From: an uncultured Methanosarcinaceae archaeon
GTDB taxonomy: Archaea; Halobacteriota; Methanosarcinia; Methanosarcinales; Methanosarcinaceae
DNA: 64,000 bases
Reading direction: 5' to 3'
NCBI GenBank assembly: GCA_963847185.1
Contig: CAWJYV010000008.1
Coordinates: forward strand, 1,024,001 to 1,088,000
Shown here: positions 44,462 through 53,975 of the stretch, in pieces
Numbering within the stretch: position 1 is the first letter of the stretch
Layout: every line of letters begins with the position of its first letter
Notes under the pieces: generated by a model
What the model saw: only the letters and a program-made list of their open reading frames with translations
The model's database searches: none
What the model was told of the DNA's origin: nothing
Program-made: the position numbers and the translations under genes

Positions 44462-46951
44462 ATGAGACAAAAATCAGTACCATTTAGCCTGCTATTAATT
44501 ATATCACTTTTAGCATGGACAGCAAATGCGGGTATAGATGAAAACGTTTCAGAAGAAAATTTTATAGAAGAAGGCATTTCTGAAGAGGATATTTCTGAAG
44601 AGGATATTTCTGAAGAGGATATTTCTGAAGAGGATATTTCTGAAGAAGATACACCTGAAGAAGATATGTCTGAAGAAGATATTTCTGAAGAGGATATTTC
44701 TGAAGAGGATATTTCTGAAGAGGATATTTCTGAAGAGGATACATTTGAAGAAGATAACACAAAAGAGATTGTAGAAATATCCTACAACGCATCGGGTCCT
44801 TTCAAGATGGAGAATGTTGTAGGTATCACCGCAACTTTCAGTAAACCCGTTTCTCTTGCAACATTAACAGTTAATGATGACTCTTCTTCTCCTATTGACA
44901 TGGTCAGTATAAACGATACAGTCTGGTATTGCGAGTATGTGGTGGTTCCTGATGAAGTTAATGATCCAGTAGATGTATTCATATCTGCAGTTGACAAAGA
45001 CGAAAACAGTATCGATGGAACTGATGCTGAAGCTTTTGTGATTGATAATACAGCTCCGGAACTTACCCTGAATGAACCTGAGTTAAAATCTGACAACACA
45101 AATCGTGTAGTTGTCGGTACAAACGATGTTGTTTTCAACTTCAGTGCTTCCGATAATTTCGATGACAGCATAAGTTATACTTTCTACTTCAATGGTACAG
45201 AGATTGATACCGGAGAACTGAATCGAGAAGAATGTAAATTAGTAGAGCTTAATAATTTGGATGAAGGATATTACACATGGGAAGTCAAACTCGAAGACGA
45301 CTTAGGGAATGCATGTTCCAGTGGTGTTGTTGATCTGTATGTGGATACAGAAGATCCAGAAGTGACACTTATTTCCCCAGAAGATCACCTTATTGATACA
45401 GGAGACTGCCTTAATCTTAGTTTTACTGCAAAAGACGATTTTACAGATCAGTATAAAGACCTGAAACTTTATTATGACTTATCCATTGATGGAGAGCTTG
45501 TTGAAGAACAGAGTTCGGTAGAGATGCGCCCCTGGCAGTATATACAGGTCCCATGCAGTGACCTTAAAAATGGAGCTCATGAATGGTCTGTTGATATTTA
45601 TGATGATGCAGGAAACAACGTTACGAGTGAAACTCGGTACATATATGTAGACGAGGAAGATCTTAGAGTTTTGCTCATTTCTCCGGATGGTGGATACGCT
45701 TCAGCAAATACAACATTTAAATTCAGAGTCTCAGGCGGAGCAAAGATGCCTTTCGACTACAAACTGCTCATTAACGGCGAAGAAGTAGAGAGCAGAATTT
45801 GCGAAGAAGATACCATTTCAGAAGATGAGGAAGAAGACGTTTCAGAAGATGAGGGAGAAGAAGACATTTCAGAAGATGGGGGAGAAGACTTTTCAGAAGA
45901 CGAGGGAGAAGAAGACGATAACATTTTTGAAGAAGGAGAAAATACACTTTTCTTGGGAGAAGAGTCTACAAATTATTATACTTTAGAAGCTGAAGTGCCT
46001 GACGGGGATGGTATAGAATGGACAGTACTTATTACTGACTGTACAGGCGATACCTATCAACCTGATCCATACTATTTCTCTCTGGATACTGAGGCTCCTG
46101 AGCGTGTAGCAAACCTGAGTATAATAAATGTGGCAGGCGAGACTGAGTGGGATGATTCCGATCGTCCCAGACTGTACGTTGGCTGGGATGAAAATACTGA
46201 AGATGATCTTTCCTCGATGCTTTATGAGGTTTTTGTTAATAACTTTGCACCTTCATCTCTCGAAGATATGGAAAAAATTGGGTCTACATCTGATACGAGT
46301 TTCTATATTGATGAATACGGAGGAGAGCCTCTTGCAGACGGTAAAGAGTATTGGGTGGCCGTTATTGCTCGGGACAACGCAGGAAATTACAACAATTGTT
46401 TTGTTTCCATTTATGGCCCTGTTCAGATATGTGGAGATGTGAAATCAGAAAGTGTAGAGAATTTAATTTCAGATACAAATTCCGGAATTTTGACAGGAAC
46501 CGAAAGTGAAGATGTAAATACCGGAAGTTTAAATGATTCAATTTCGAATACAAATTCCGAGCTTTTAGAGGAAGAGGAATTATCAGAAAGTTCAAATGAC
46601 TCAGCTTCAAACACAAGTTCCGGAATTTTGACAGAAACTGAATTATCGGGAAATTTGAGTGATTTAACTTCAAACACAAATTATGAATTTTTGGCTGAAG
46701 ACGAAAATTCGGAAAATCTAAGAGAGAAATTCAGTACAGGGATCCTCAGAAGTATAATTCCTCAAGTGAATAAAACATCTCTAAAGACTGTGAATAAAAA
46801 TTCACTGGCTAAGAATCAGGCATCGGAATACGCAGAAGATCCTGCTGGACCAAAAAGTGCTCCAGGTTTCCATATAATTTGTTCAGCTATGAGCATCCTT
46901 CTGCTTGCCTTCTGGTTAAATCTCAAGAGGAAAACGGGTAGAAAGCTCTGA
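44462..46951 (+). CDS. Paralog of the 38347 protein with EEDIS repeats and its own PGF-CTERM anchor
   Basis: Colinear homology from GPFKM to YWVAVIARD.AGNYN.CF...GPV; tail APGF-TM-KRKTGRKL. Confidence 0.88.
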   Translation: MRQKSVPFSLLLIISLLAWTANAGIDENVSEENFIEEGISEEDISEEDISEEDISEEDISEEDTPEEDMSEEDISEEDISEEDISEEDISEEDTFEEDNTKEIVEISYNASGPFKMENVVGITATFSKPVSLATLTVNDDSSSPIDMVSINDTVWYCEYVVVPDEVNDPVDVFISAVDKDENSIDGTDAEAFVIDNTAPELTLNEPELKSDNTNRVVVGTNDVVFNFSASDNFDDSISYTFYFNGTEIDTGELNREECKLVELNNLDEGYYTWEVKLEDDLGNACSSGVVDLYVDTEDPEVTLISPEDHLIDTGDCLNLSFTAKDDFTDQYKDLKLYYDLSIDGELVEEQSSVEMRPWQYIQVPCSDLKNGAHEWSVDIYDDAGNNVTSETRYIYVDEEDLRVLLISPDGGYASANTTFKFRVSGGAKMPFDYKLLINGEEVESRICEEDTISEDEEEDVSEDEGEEDISEDGGEDFSEDEGEEDDNIFEEGENTLFLGEESTNYYTLEAEVPDGDGIEWTVLITDCTGDTYQPDPYYFSLDTEAPERVANLSIINVAGETEWDDSDRPRLYVGWDENTEDDLSSMLYEVFVNNFAPSSLEDMEKIGSTSDTSFYIDEYGGEPLADGKEYWVAVIARDNAGNYNNCFVSIYGPVQICGDVKSESVENLISDTNSGILTGTESEDVNTGSLNDSISNTNSELLEEEELSESSNDSASNTSSGILTETELSGNLSDLTSNTNYEFLAEDENSENLREKFSTGILRSIIPQVNKTSLKTVNKNSLAKNQASEYAEDPAGPKSAPGFHIICSAMSILLLAFWLNLKRKTGRKL
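44574..44752 (+). repeat. In-frame 15-bp tandem repeat encoding (ISEED)n, ~12 copies
   Basis: atttctgaagaggat repeated. Confidence 0.9.
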
Positions 46952-47005
46952 TGAGTTTTTTCAATTACTATGAGAGTCTTTGATTCTGTATTGTAATCAA
47001 AACCG

Positions 47006-47118
47006 TTTTTCTCATTTCTATTTTTCTCATTTCTATTTTTCTCATTTCTATTTTTCTCATTTCTATTTTTCTCATTTCTATTTTTCTCATTTCTATTTTT
47101 CTCATTTCTATTTTTCTC
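47006..47118. repeat. Tandem repeat, 15-bp unit (tttttctcatttcta), ~7 copies
   Basis: Directly visible between convergent stop codons. Confidence 0.93.
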
Positions 47119-47156
47119 TTTTTAAAGTTCCATTTTTTCAAAGTAATTTAACAATA

Positions 47157-48890
47157 TTAGATTTTGATAAACCTGAGTATTTTTTCTCCTTCGCTTATCC
47201 GTCTGAGAAAATCCTCCTTGTCAGTATATGTGACTCCTGTGATTACCGAATCAGCTGCTTTTCTGCCAAGTCCTGGAAGTTCCCGGATAAGGGCAGGAGA
47301 AGTCGTATTAATAGGCAAAGGATAAGGAATACCTGTAATCGAGCGCATTCCATGCCCTGTGATAGTGACATCAGTAAATTTTCTCAAAGGTATTGAAGCA
47401 GGAATTCCTACAAGCAGAGGGTATGAACCAAGCTGTCTTCCGAAAGTAACCCCCTTTTCGTGCACCTCACACATGACATCCCTGAGTATTGTACCTTCGG
47501 GCACTACCCGCTTCAGCATTGGAAGATCAATGGTCTTCCTAACCTTTTCCTTATATTCCAGAAAGAATTTCTTGTGTTTTGTGATTGCTTCGTCCCTTCC
47601 GTACATGGGGGTGCCTGGAAAAGCCATGACCTGACGAATGTTGATTCTGCGCAGGAGTAAATCCGAATCAAACACATGCTTCAGAAAATCATAGTTAAGC
47701 TGGAAAGTTTTTTTAGATTCACCCATTAAACCGTGTACGAAATTAATTCCGGGAAGAATCTCAGGAAGCCCGTTTGACCCTCTAATGGCTCCAAACCTGT
47801 TTACAAGTTTAATTGCCTCAAATACTTCCTCAGGACTGGCCTTCAGGGAATTTGCTGCAATTACCTTAGGGTCGGCGCTTTCCATTCCAAAGGCCGTCAC
47901 ATCCCCTGATGTGTGATATTTAATTATTGTTTTGAGGATCTTTTCCGACTCCTCAGAGTAAACTGCAAGTGTTATAGGGTTTGCATTATCCATATGAAGC
48001 ACGGAGAGTTCAGGGGCAGAGTTCCGAATTCCCCTGTAGAGCCTTTCAATAGCTTCAGGATTAGGTTTTGGCACAGGTCCGCCGACATCTTTTCCATGAT
48101 AGGAAAAAAGATCAGGCTGCCTTCCTATCCTGAAATAGCGAGCTCCATAGGAATAAAGTGCAGAGGCTTCGCAGACGACATCTTCCACAGGCCTGTAATC
48201 AGAAACTCCGTAGAAGGGTTCTGTACAGAAAGAGCAATGGACCTGCCTGCCGCATCCTCTGTAGGTTTCAAGCTCACACATACAGTAAGGGTAATCCGGG
48301 TGCTGCCTTATCAAAAAAGCCCCTTTATGCCCCCAGCGTCCGATTTCGGCTGTTGTCCTTAAACGATGTTCAATAGTTTCCGGATTTCTTACTCCCAAAG
48401 GTAATCCTTCACTTCCTCCAGTTCCCCTCTCCAAAAGATCATACACAAAAGCTTCAAGATCCATCCTGGCAAGCATTGCACCTTCAAGACTAACTCCACA
48501 GTCGATTCCCTGCGCTGCCCTCCCGCCTTCACTACTGAAACCAAGCCTTATAGGACCGCCTATAACTTTTACCCCACCTGCAGCCCGAAAAATTGTCTCA
48601 ATTTCTCCAGGGGTTATCGGAGAAGCCCGAAGGTATTTACCTGGTACGGTCATACCTGCAATGACGATCAGAAGGTCTGCTTTTCCTACAAGTTCCCCGG
48701 CACCAGGCGGATTTTCCCTCAGAGAATCAATAGTAAGGTAATGAATATCTTTTTCGAAAAGTCCGCGCTCCCTGAGGGCGCCTGCTATGTATCGCGGATA
48801 AGGAGAAAGGTAAGGAGGAACTCCAAGACAGGCAGGTTCATCTACATAACCGTCAACAATGAGTGCTTTCATGTAAATTCTCGTTTCCAT
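47157..48890 (-). CDS. Archaeal radical SAM protein with C-terminal helix-hairpin-helix (COG1031-like)
   Basis: DGYVDEPACLGVPPY, ETYRGC.....CSFC cluster motif, GRQLGSYP, LPGLG HhH. Start may be the second Met (MKALIVD). Confidence 0.85.
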   Translation of the reverse strand: METRIYMKALIVDGYVDEPACLGVPPYLSPYPRYIAGALRERGLFEKDIHYLTIDSLRENPPGAGELVGKADLLIVIAGMTVPGKYLRASPITPGEIETIFRAAGGVKVIGGPIRLGFSSEGGRAAQGIDCGVSLEGAMLARMDLEAFVYDLLERGTGGSEGLPLGVRNPETIEHRLRTTAEIGRWGHKGAFLIRQHPDYPYCMCELETYRGCGRQVHCSFCTEPFYGVSDYRPVEDVVCEASALYSYGARYFRIGRQPDLFSYHGKDVGGPVPKPNPEAIERLYRGIRNSAPELSVLHMDNANPITLAVYSEESEKILKTIIKYHTSGDVTAFGMESADPKVIAANSLKASPEEVFEAIKLVNRFGAIRGSNGLPEILPGINFVHGLMGESKKTFQLNYDFLKHVFDSDLLLRRINIRQVMAFPGTPMYGRDEAITKHKKFFLEYKEKVRKTIDLPMLKRVVPEGTILRDVMCEVHEKGVTFGRQLGSYPLLVGIPASIPLRKFTDVTITGHGMRSITGIPYPLPINTTSPALIRELPGLGRKAADSVITGVTYTDKEDFLRRISEGEKILRFIKI

Positions 48891-49059
48891 TTATTTGATT
48901 ACTGAAGATGGTATAGATTGCAGCTGAATATTAAATTGAAGGTGCTCGTGAAGGTATTGAAACTCCCGGATACCACAAGTGAGAAATGAAGAGGTAAATC
49001 AAGAGAAACAAATTAAGAAGAGAGAACTCAAGAGAAAGAAAAAATATAAAAATAATCAG

Positions 49060-49133
49060 GGCCGGGACCGAGAATCGAACTCGGGTCGTAGCCTCCACAG
49101 GGCCACAGGATGGACCTCTACCCTACCCCGGCC
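49060..49133 (-). tRNA. tRNA-His (GTG) with genomically encoded G-1
   Basis: Reverse complement GGCCGGGGTAGGGTAGAGGTCCATCCTGTGGCCCTGTGGAGGCTACGACCCGAGTTCGATTCTCGGTCCCGGCC; anticodon loop CTGTGGA; C73 discriminator. Confidence 0.95.
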
Positions 49134-49298
49134 ACAGGGTCTGGTACTTCAGGTTTGAAGCAAGCTATAGAAGGAGTTTTTTTATATAAAGTTTTTGCCG
49201 GAAGGAGCAGGGAACCCTCCCCTATGGAAGGAAAATTTCTGTATTCCGGCAGAAGGGATACGTTAAATCCGGTTTAAAGCGTTTCCTGGACTACTAAA

Positions 49299-50081
49299 TC
49301 AGAGTTTTTTGAGCCTGTCAATAGCCAGTTTTGCAGCCTTTTCACCTGAAAGAAGCATGCCTCCAAAGACAGGACCCATCCTCGGAGCGCAGGTTGCGGC
49401 GTTTGCAGCCATACCCGCAACGATCAAACCCGGATAGATCTCCTGAGTTGCGTCAACAGCCAGGCGCTCGCCAACTTCTGACCACATAGGTTTTTCTCCG
49501 AGCTTCCCAAGCTCCCCTATCTTTGCGTTCGGGATTTTTCTGAGAATCGTATTGCAGACAGTTGCATCATGCCCTGTCCCATCAATTACGAGTTTTGTGC
49601 GAATCATAAGAGGGTCCACATGCAGGCGCTGAGCTGAAACAGGCCCCCAGTTAATGACAATTCCTGTAACTCTGTCATTTTCCCGAATCATGACGTCTTC
49701 AAAGCTCACAAGGTTAAAGACCTCAGCTCCCGCAGATGTTGCACCTGCAATCAGCTTCCCGACAGATTCCACAGAGTTGGCAACATAGTACCCTGGTTGA
49801 TACTCTTTATATCTGATTCCGAAATCATCCAGAATATGGAGAGCAGCTTCCTGCACAACAATGCGAGGGAACATCATTCCCCCTGCCCACATGCCGCCCC
49901 CGAGGGATAACTTCTGCTCATAAATAGCAACCTTTACCCCTGTCTCTGCCAGATACTTTGCAGCCACCAGATTTGCAGGCCCTCCTCCTACAAGCGCCAC
50001 ATCAATGTCCGTATATTCAAGAAAGGTTTTAGAATACTCATCAAAAATTGCCCGTGTGATTATGACTTCGTCGAGTTCCAT
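49299..50081 (-). CDS. thi4: Sulfide-dependent adenosine diphosphate thiazole synthase
   Basis: VGGGPANL, GGGMWAGGM, HVDP (His rather than Cys), DGTGHD, PRMGPVFGGMLLSG. Confidence 0.95.
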   Translation of the reverse strand: MELDEVIITRAIFDEYSKTFLEYTDIDVALVGGGPANLVAAKYLAETGVKVAIYEQKLSLGGGMWAGGMMFPRIVVQEAALHILDDFGIRYKEYQPGYYVANSVESVGKLIAGATSAGAEVFNLVSFEDVMIRENDRVTGIVINWGPVSAQRLHVDPLMIRTKLVIDGTGHDATVCNTILRKIPNAKIGELGKLGEKPMWSEVGERLAVDATQEIYPGLIVAGMAANAATCAPRMGPVFGGMLLSGEKAAKLAIDRLKKL

Positions 50082-50384
50082 TTTAATCTCTCATAAAGCT
50101 TCTATGGTTGAAAATCCGGGAAAAACAGCCCGATCTTTTCAGAAGTAAATCGGGGAATTGTTAACCCTGGACAGAAGTATTGAAATTCACATTTTGATAA
50201 GGTGCATTGTTTTTAAAGTTGTTGGAAAATGATGGGAAGGAAGAGAGGAATAAAGAAAGATAACTTTACTCCAAAAAACATCAGAAACATAGGTAAAAGG
50301 CTTCGGCTAAATAAAGTTCCCTAATTCAAAGCTGTATGCTCCAAAATAGAAGTAAAGATATAAATTTTCACCAAAAGATAGTCC

Positions 50385-50560
50385 TCTTAAGCGAAGCAAA
50401 AGTGGCCCGTGCTGTTGTGATTAAATCGCAACTCCCAGAAAATCTCCGATTTTCTGTGATCCCGAAGCGAAACTCGGGATTCTAAGCCATAAACCAGTCT
50501 GCTTGAGCGAGCGAAGCGAGTGAAACGGACGGCGGGCTCCCGAATCGCAATTCGGGAAAG
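50385..50560. repeat. Structured dispersed repeat / MITE-like element
   Basis: GC-richer island with several hairpins (cagaaaatc/gattttctg; tcccga/tcggga; cccgaat/attcggg) and AGCGAAGC motifs. It resembles intergenic repeats I recall from Methanosarcina genomes (unverified). Confidence 0.55.
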
Positions 50561-50617
50561 AAAAAAGAGAGGCTTTATAGAATTTAGCCTCTTCATAAAG
50601 AATTTCTAAATTAAATT

Positions 50618-51394
50618 TTACTGCTCAGCCTGTCCACCATTGTTAAAGAACATGGTGTCGCCTTCACTGGAATACAGGACAAGCTGGCTGTCCTTCATAG
50701 TTGCTGATTTTACACCTGTGATAAGCGATGTGTATTCAGGGTCCATGGAATCAGGCCCGCATGCCACAAGTGTCATTGTAGCTGTGTTAAGAGTCAAATC
50801 GTTTCCTTCCAGAATATAGCTCCCGCTGCCACTATTGCAGTCTGTTTTTAGGTAGTATGTACCGTCAGATGAGAGGGAAAGAGTGTACAGTTCAGGGTTA
50901 GATACCTGAATGTTCTCGCCAGCATGCTCATAACCAGTCCACAGCCATTTGACACCGATAATACTGTCAGCAGAAACTGGATCAAGCTGCTGAGAGGTAT
51001 TTTCAGAAGATCCGGATTCAGAGGAACTGCCGCTAGAAGAGCCAGACTCAGAAGAACCATCATTTGAAGAGCTAGATCCAGAGGAACTACCACTAGAAGA
51101 GCTAGACTCAGAAGAACCCTCATTTGAAGAGACAGATTGAGAAGAAGTATTATTCACAGATTCAGGTCTTACAGATGTATTGTTTACAGATTCAGACTGT
51201 AGAGATGTATTGTTTACAGATTCAGACTGTAGAGATGTATTGTTTACAGATTCAGGCTGTACAGATGTATTATTTACTACAGGCTTTGAAACATTCTCTC
51301 CCTGTTCAGTACAGCCAAGCGAAAAAGAATACACGGTTATAACCCCTATAGCCAGGAGTAAAACCAGACCTATTGACATGTTTTTAACTTTCAT
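50618..51394 (-). CDS. META (HslJ-like) domain lipoprotein with Ser/Asn-rich linker
   Basis: Lipobox SLGC; VNNTS.Q.ES repeats; DCNSGSGSY and TLVAC META motifs. Confidence 0.85.
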   Translation of the reverse strand: MKVKNMSIGLVLLLAIGVITVYSFSLGCTEQGENVSKPVVNNTSVQPESVNNTSLQSESVNNTSLQSESVNNTSVRPESVNNTSSQSVSSNEGSSESSSSSGSSSGSSSSNDGSSESGSSSGSSSESGSSENTSQQLDPVSADSIIGVKWLWTGYEHAGENIQVSNPELYTLSLSSDGTYYLKTDCNSGSGSYILEGNDLTLNTATMTLVACGPDSMDPEYTSLITGVKSATMKDSQLVLYSSEGDTMFFNNGGQAEQ

Positions 51395-51660
51395 ATTAAC
51401 GCCTCATAAACTAAATGGTAATTTAACGACTTGTTTAAATATATCTTTTGTTTAAGCTGCAATTTGATTCGCAATTATCAGATCTGCCTTTATTTTTGCA
51501 TAAAATCTGCAGACAGATTTTGAAAATATCATAGAGAATTCTTATTGATCCCCCTAAAAAGAATTCTAATCAATCTTCTTAAAGGTCAAGTAATAAAAAT
51601 AAAACTATAAATTCCTTCTGTTTTTAATTTATATTCTGTCCTATTCGTACCTTATTTTAC

Positions 51661-51963
51661 TCAAATTTCATTTTTCACGTTCTTCCAGGATTCATATTTT
51701 ACTCTTATCTCGCTCAACCAGCTGGACACAGTTTCCCCAGAGATCTTCAAGCACAAAAAGTTTCCCCAGGGATCTTCAAGCACAAAAAGATTGTCTTCTG
51801 ACCTTGTAACAGGGCACTTCTCAATAAATGTTGCACCATTCTTTACAAGATAATCAACTATTCTTTCCATGTCTTCACCCTCCGGTGAAATATGAAACTG
51901 GAGATGATGAGTCATTTTCTCACAGAAGGAAGAAATACCTGGAAGCTTCCCCAGTTCCAGCAT
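51661..51963 (-). CDS. VOC/glyoxalase-like protein, possibly 5'-truncated
   Basis: H.QF.....D.....YL...GA....and LEDPWGN motif; only half a VOC domain. Confidence 0.5.
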   Translation of the reverse strand: MLELGKLPGISSFCEKMTHHLQFHISPEGEDMERIVDYLVKNGATFIEKCPVTRSEDNLFVLEDPWGNFLCLKISGETVSSWLSEIRVKYESWKNVKNEI

Positions 51964-52196
51964 GACCCTATCTTCAGAGTTTAAGAAAAAGCCACTGCTT
52001 TTTCACTGTGATGGACCTTTTTGATGGAAAAAAGTCTTTACAGCTCCAACTTAGTTTTAAAATGAGAATTCATGAGTCTTCAATGTATAACTTGAATTTT
52101 ATAATATAGAAATTAAGTTAAGGAAACAAGATTCCTATGCTTCTATAATTGACAAAATCAACCTTATTGATAAAAAAACAAATACTTTGGGGTAAG

Positions 52197-52405
52197 ATGA
52201 AAATAAGTGCATACAAGATCCTGAAAGGCAAATCAAAAAAGAATCCATGGATCTGTCAACTCGGAAGTGGTAGTTGAACTTCCGGGAGGGTGGGAATTGA
52301 CTCCATAATTACAAAAAGTTCTGCCGAAAGTATGAATTTGAAAGAAGGACACGAAGTATAATGCAGTAATATAAAGCAACCAGCATGATGTTAGCTTCGG
52401 AATAA
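52197..52405 (+). pseudogene. Mop/TOBE molybdate-binding protein (molbindin) pseudogene
   Basis: Fragments MKISA..ILKGK, GSVNSEVVVELPGG, SIITKSSAESMNLKEGHEV, IKATSMMLASE lie in different frames. Confidence 0.8.
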
Positions 52406-52583
52406 TATATGGATTTTGCTACTATATTTTTTAGTTGATACGGCCTCACTATACTCAATAGAGATCTTCTGATAAATAGAAAAAGCAGAAAATAAGCTTT
52501 AATAGGCTTTAATAGATAGACAAAACCGAAAGGAAAGCTGTATATAAGACTGTTTGTAAATTATATCTATAGGGGGAGTTATT

Positions 52584-52724
52584 TTGTCAAAAGAACGCAG
52601 AGAATCGTCCTTTCAGCCTGAACCAATACCAGAACCGGAACCAGAACCATTTCCTTCGCCTGAACCGATACCAGAACCGGAACCAGAACCGGAATATGAG
52701 CACAAGCCAAAGAGAAAAAAGTAA
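52584..52724 (+). CDS. 46-aa Pro/Glu-rich small protein (below the ORF-track cutoff)
   Basis: AGGGGGAG RBS and TTG start: MSKERRESSFQPEPIPEPEPEPFPSPEPIPEPEPEPEYEHKPKRKK. Pro codons vary synonymously among repeats. Confidence 0.7.
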   Translation: MSKERRESSFQPEPIPEPEPEPFPSPEPIPEPEPEPEYEHKPKRKK

Positions 52725-52745
52725 CTACAATAAAGTGCGGCAGGT

Positions 52746-53306
52746 ATGATCACAAAAGTTTACATAGCTCACTGTGAGGAGGATGAACCGCTTGCTCAGG
52801 AACTTACGAGAGCGCTCTGGGCAGTGGAACTGGAGAGTTTTTCCTCCCTTTACAGGAAAGCTCGAATTCTTTCCCTTGCCGAAAGAATACGGTTTGGCAT
52901 CCGACAGTCTGATTGTGTCATCCCGATTCTCACAAAGGAAGGTGTAAAGTCTCCTGTAGTAAACCAGGAAATAGGCCTGGCAATCGGAGCAGATCAGTTC
53001 ATAATTCCTTTGGTAGAAACCGGAGTGGAATTGCCTGTTCTTATACACCACCTCCAGCCCATCAATTTTTCTTCAGATGCTTATGAAGATGCTCTGGGAA
53101 AATTAATACAGAACATAAGACAGCTCACAAGGCTTGACTGGCTGAAAATAAAATGCCCATACTGTGGAGAAGAAATGACACAGTATATATCTCCTGAAGA
53201 GGAAGTAGAAAAAGCTCTTCTTGCAGGGAAACATCTCGAGACAAAATGCAGCTACTGTCAGAGTAAAATTAATCTGGATCCTAGGACTTTCAGGCCCCTT
53301 CTCTGA
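52746..53306 (+). CDS. TIR-domain protein with C-terminal zinc ribbon
   Basis: KVYIAH...D, IRQSDCVIPILT, SPVVNQEIG (TIR catalytic Glu position), IIPL; CPYC...CSYC. Confidence 0.8.
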   Translation: MITKVYIAHCEEDEPLAQELTRALWAVELESFSSLYRKARILSLAERIRFGIRQSDCVIPILTKEGVKSPVVNQEIGLAIGADQFIIPLVETGVELPVLIHHLQPINFSSDAYEDALGKLIQNIRQLTRLDWLKIKCPYCGEEMTQYISPEEEVEKALLAGKHLETKCSYCQSKINLDPRTFRPLL

Positions 53307-53364
53307 TCATTCTCTGACTGTTGATTAAACAGAATAGTTAAAAAATAGAAAAGAGGTTTAACTG

Positions 53365-53763
53365 ATGGAGAAAAGAGTAACTGATGAGGTAAGAGATGAG
53401 CCAGGAGAACCAATGGTAGCTAAATCAAAAATGGGCGAAGCTACAGTAAGTGAGTTAGAAGTTAAGGGAATAGAAGAGCTTACTCCAATAGAAAAGAGGC
53501 ATCTGCTCTTGCAGCTTGCCCGCGATAAGGTAAAGAACAATTCTGTAGGACCATGGGAAATAACTGATATCAGAAGGGAAGAATGGAGAACTGTTAAAGC
53601 TACATTAACCCAACCGGTAGAAATCGATGTAAAAGACACAGGAAGAGATGCTCTCTTTGAGGTATTGCTTGACATAACACAATTAGAAAGAGAGCTTGAA
53701 GCAGAAAAGGTCGAAGTAGATGAACTTGAGACACAGAAACGAAAAGCTACATCAAGAAAGTGA
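53365..53763 (+). CDS. Hypothetical protein
   Basis: 132-aa charged ORF with GAGG RBS, co-oriented with the TIR gene. Confidence 0.7.
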   Translation: MEKRVTDEVRDEPGEPMVAKSKMGEATVSELEVKGIEELTPIEKRHLLLQLARDKVKNNSVGPWEITDIRREEWRTVKATLTQPVEIDVKDTGRDALFEVLLDITQLERELEAEKVEVDELETQKRKATSRK

Positions 53764-53975
53764 TCTGAGACATGTAAGTTAAGAGCAGAAGATAACAATA
53801 AGAAATAAAAAATAAATCAAAAATAGTAAAAGATGTCTAAAAGGCAAAGATAAAAACTTCAGGAACTTATCCATATTAAACCATAGAAGTTACAGATAGA
53901 CAGATCCTGAAGTAATCTTTAAGCCTGCGCTTTGAAAAAGAATAGTTTTCCTTTTAACTCTGGAATGGATTATAT

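Noticed and set aside
46980-47396. 138-aa ORF with FSHFY repeats
   Set aside because: Translation of the 15-bp intergenic minisatellite; it overlaps the radical SAM gene on the opposite strand.
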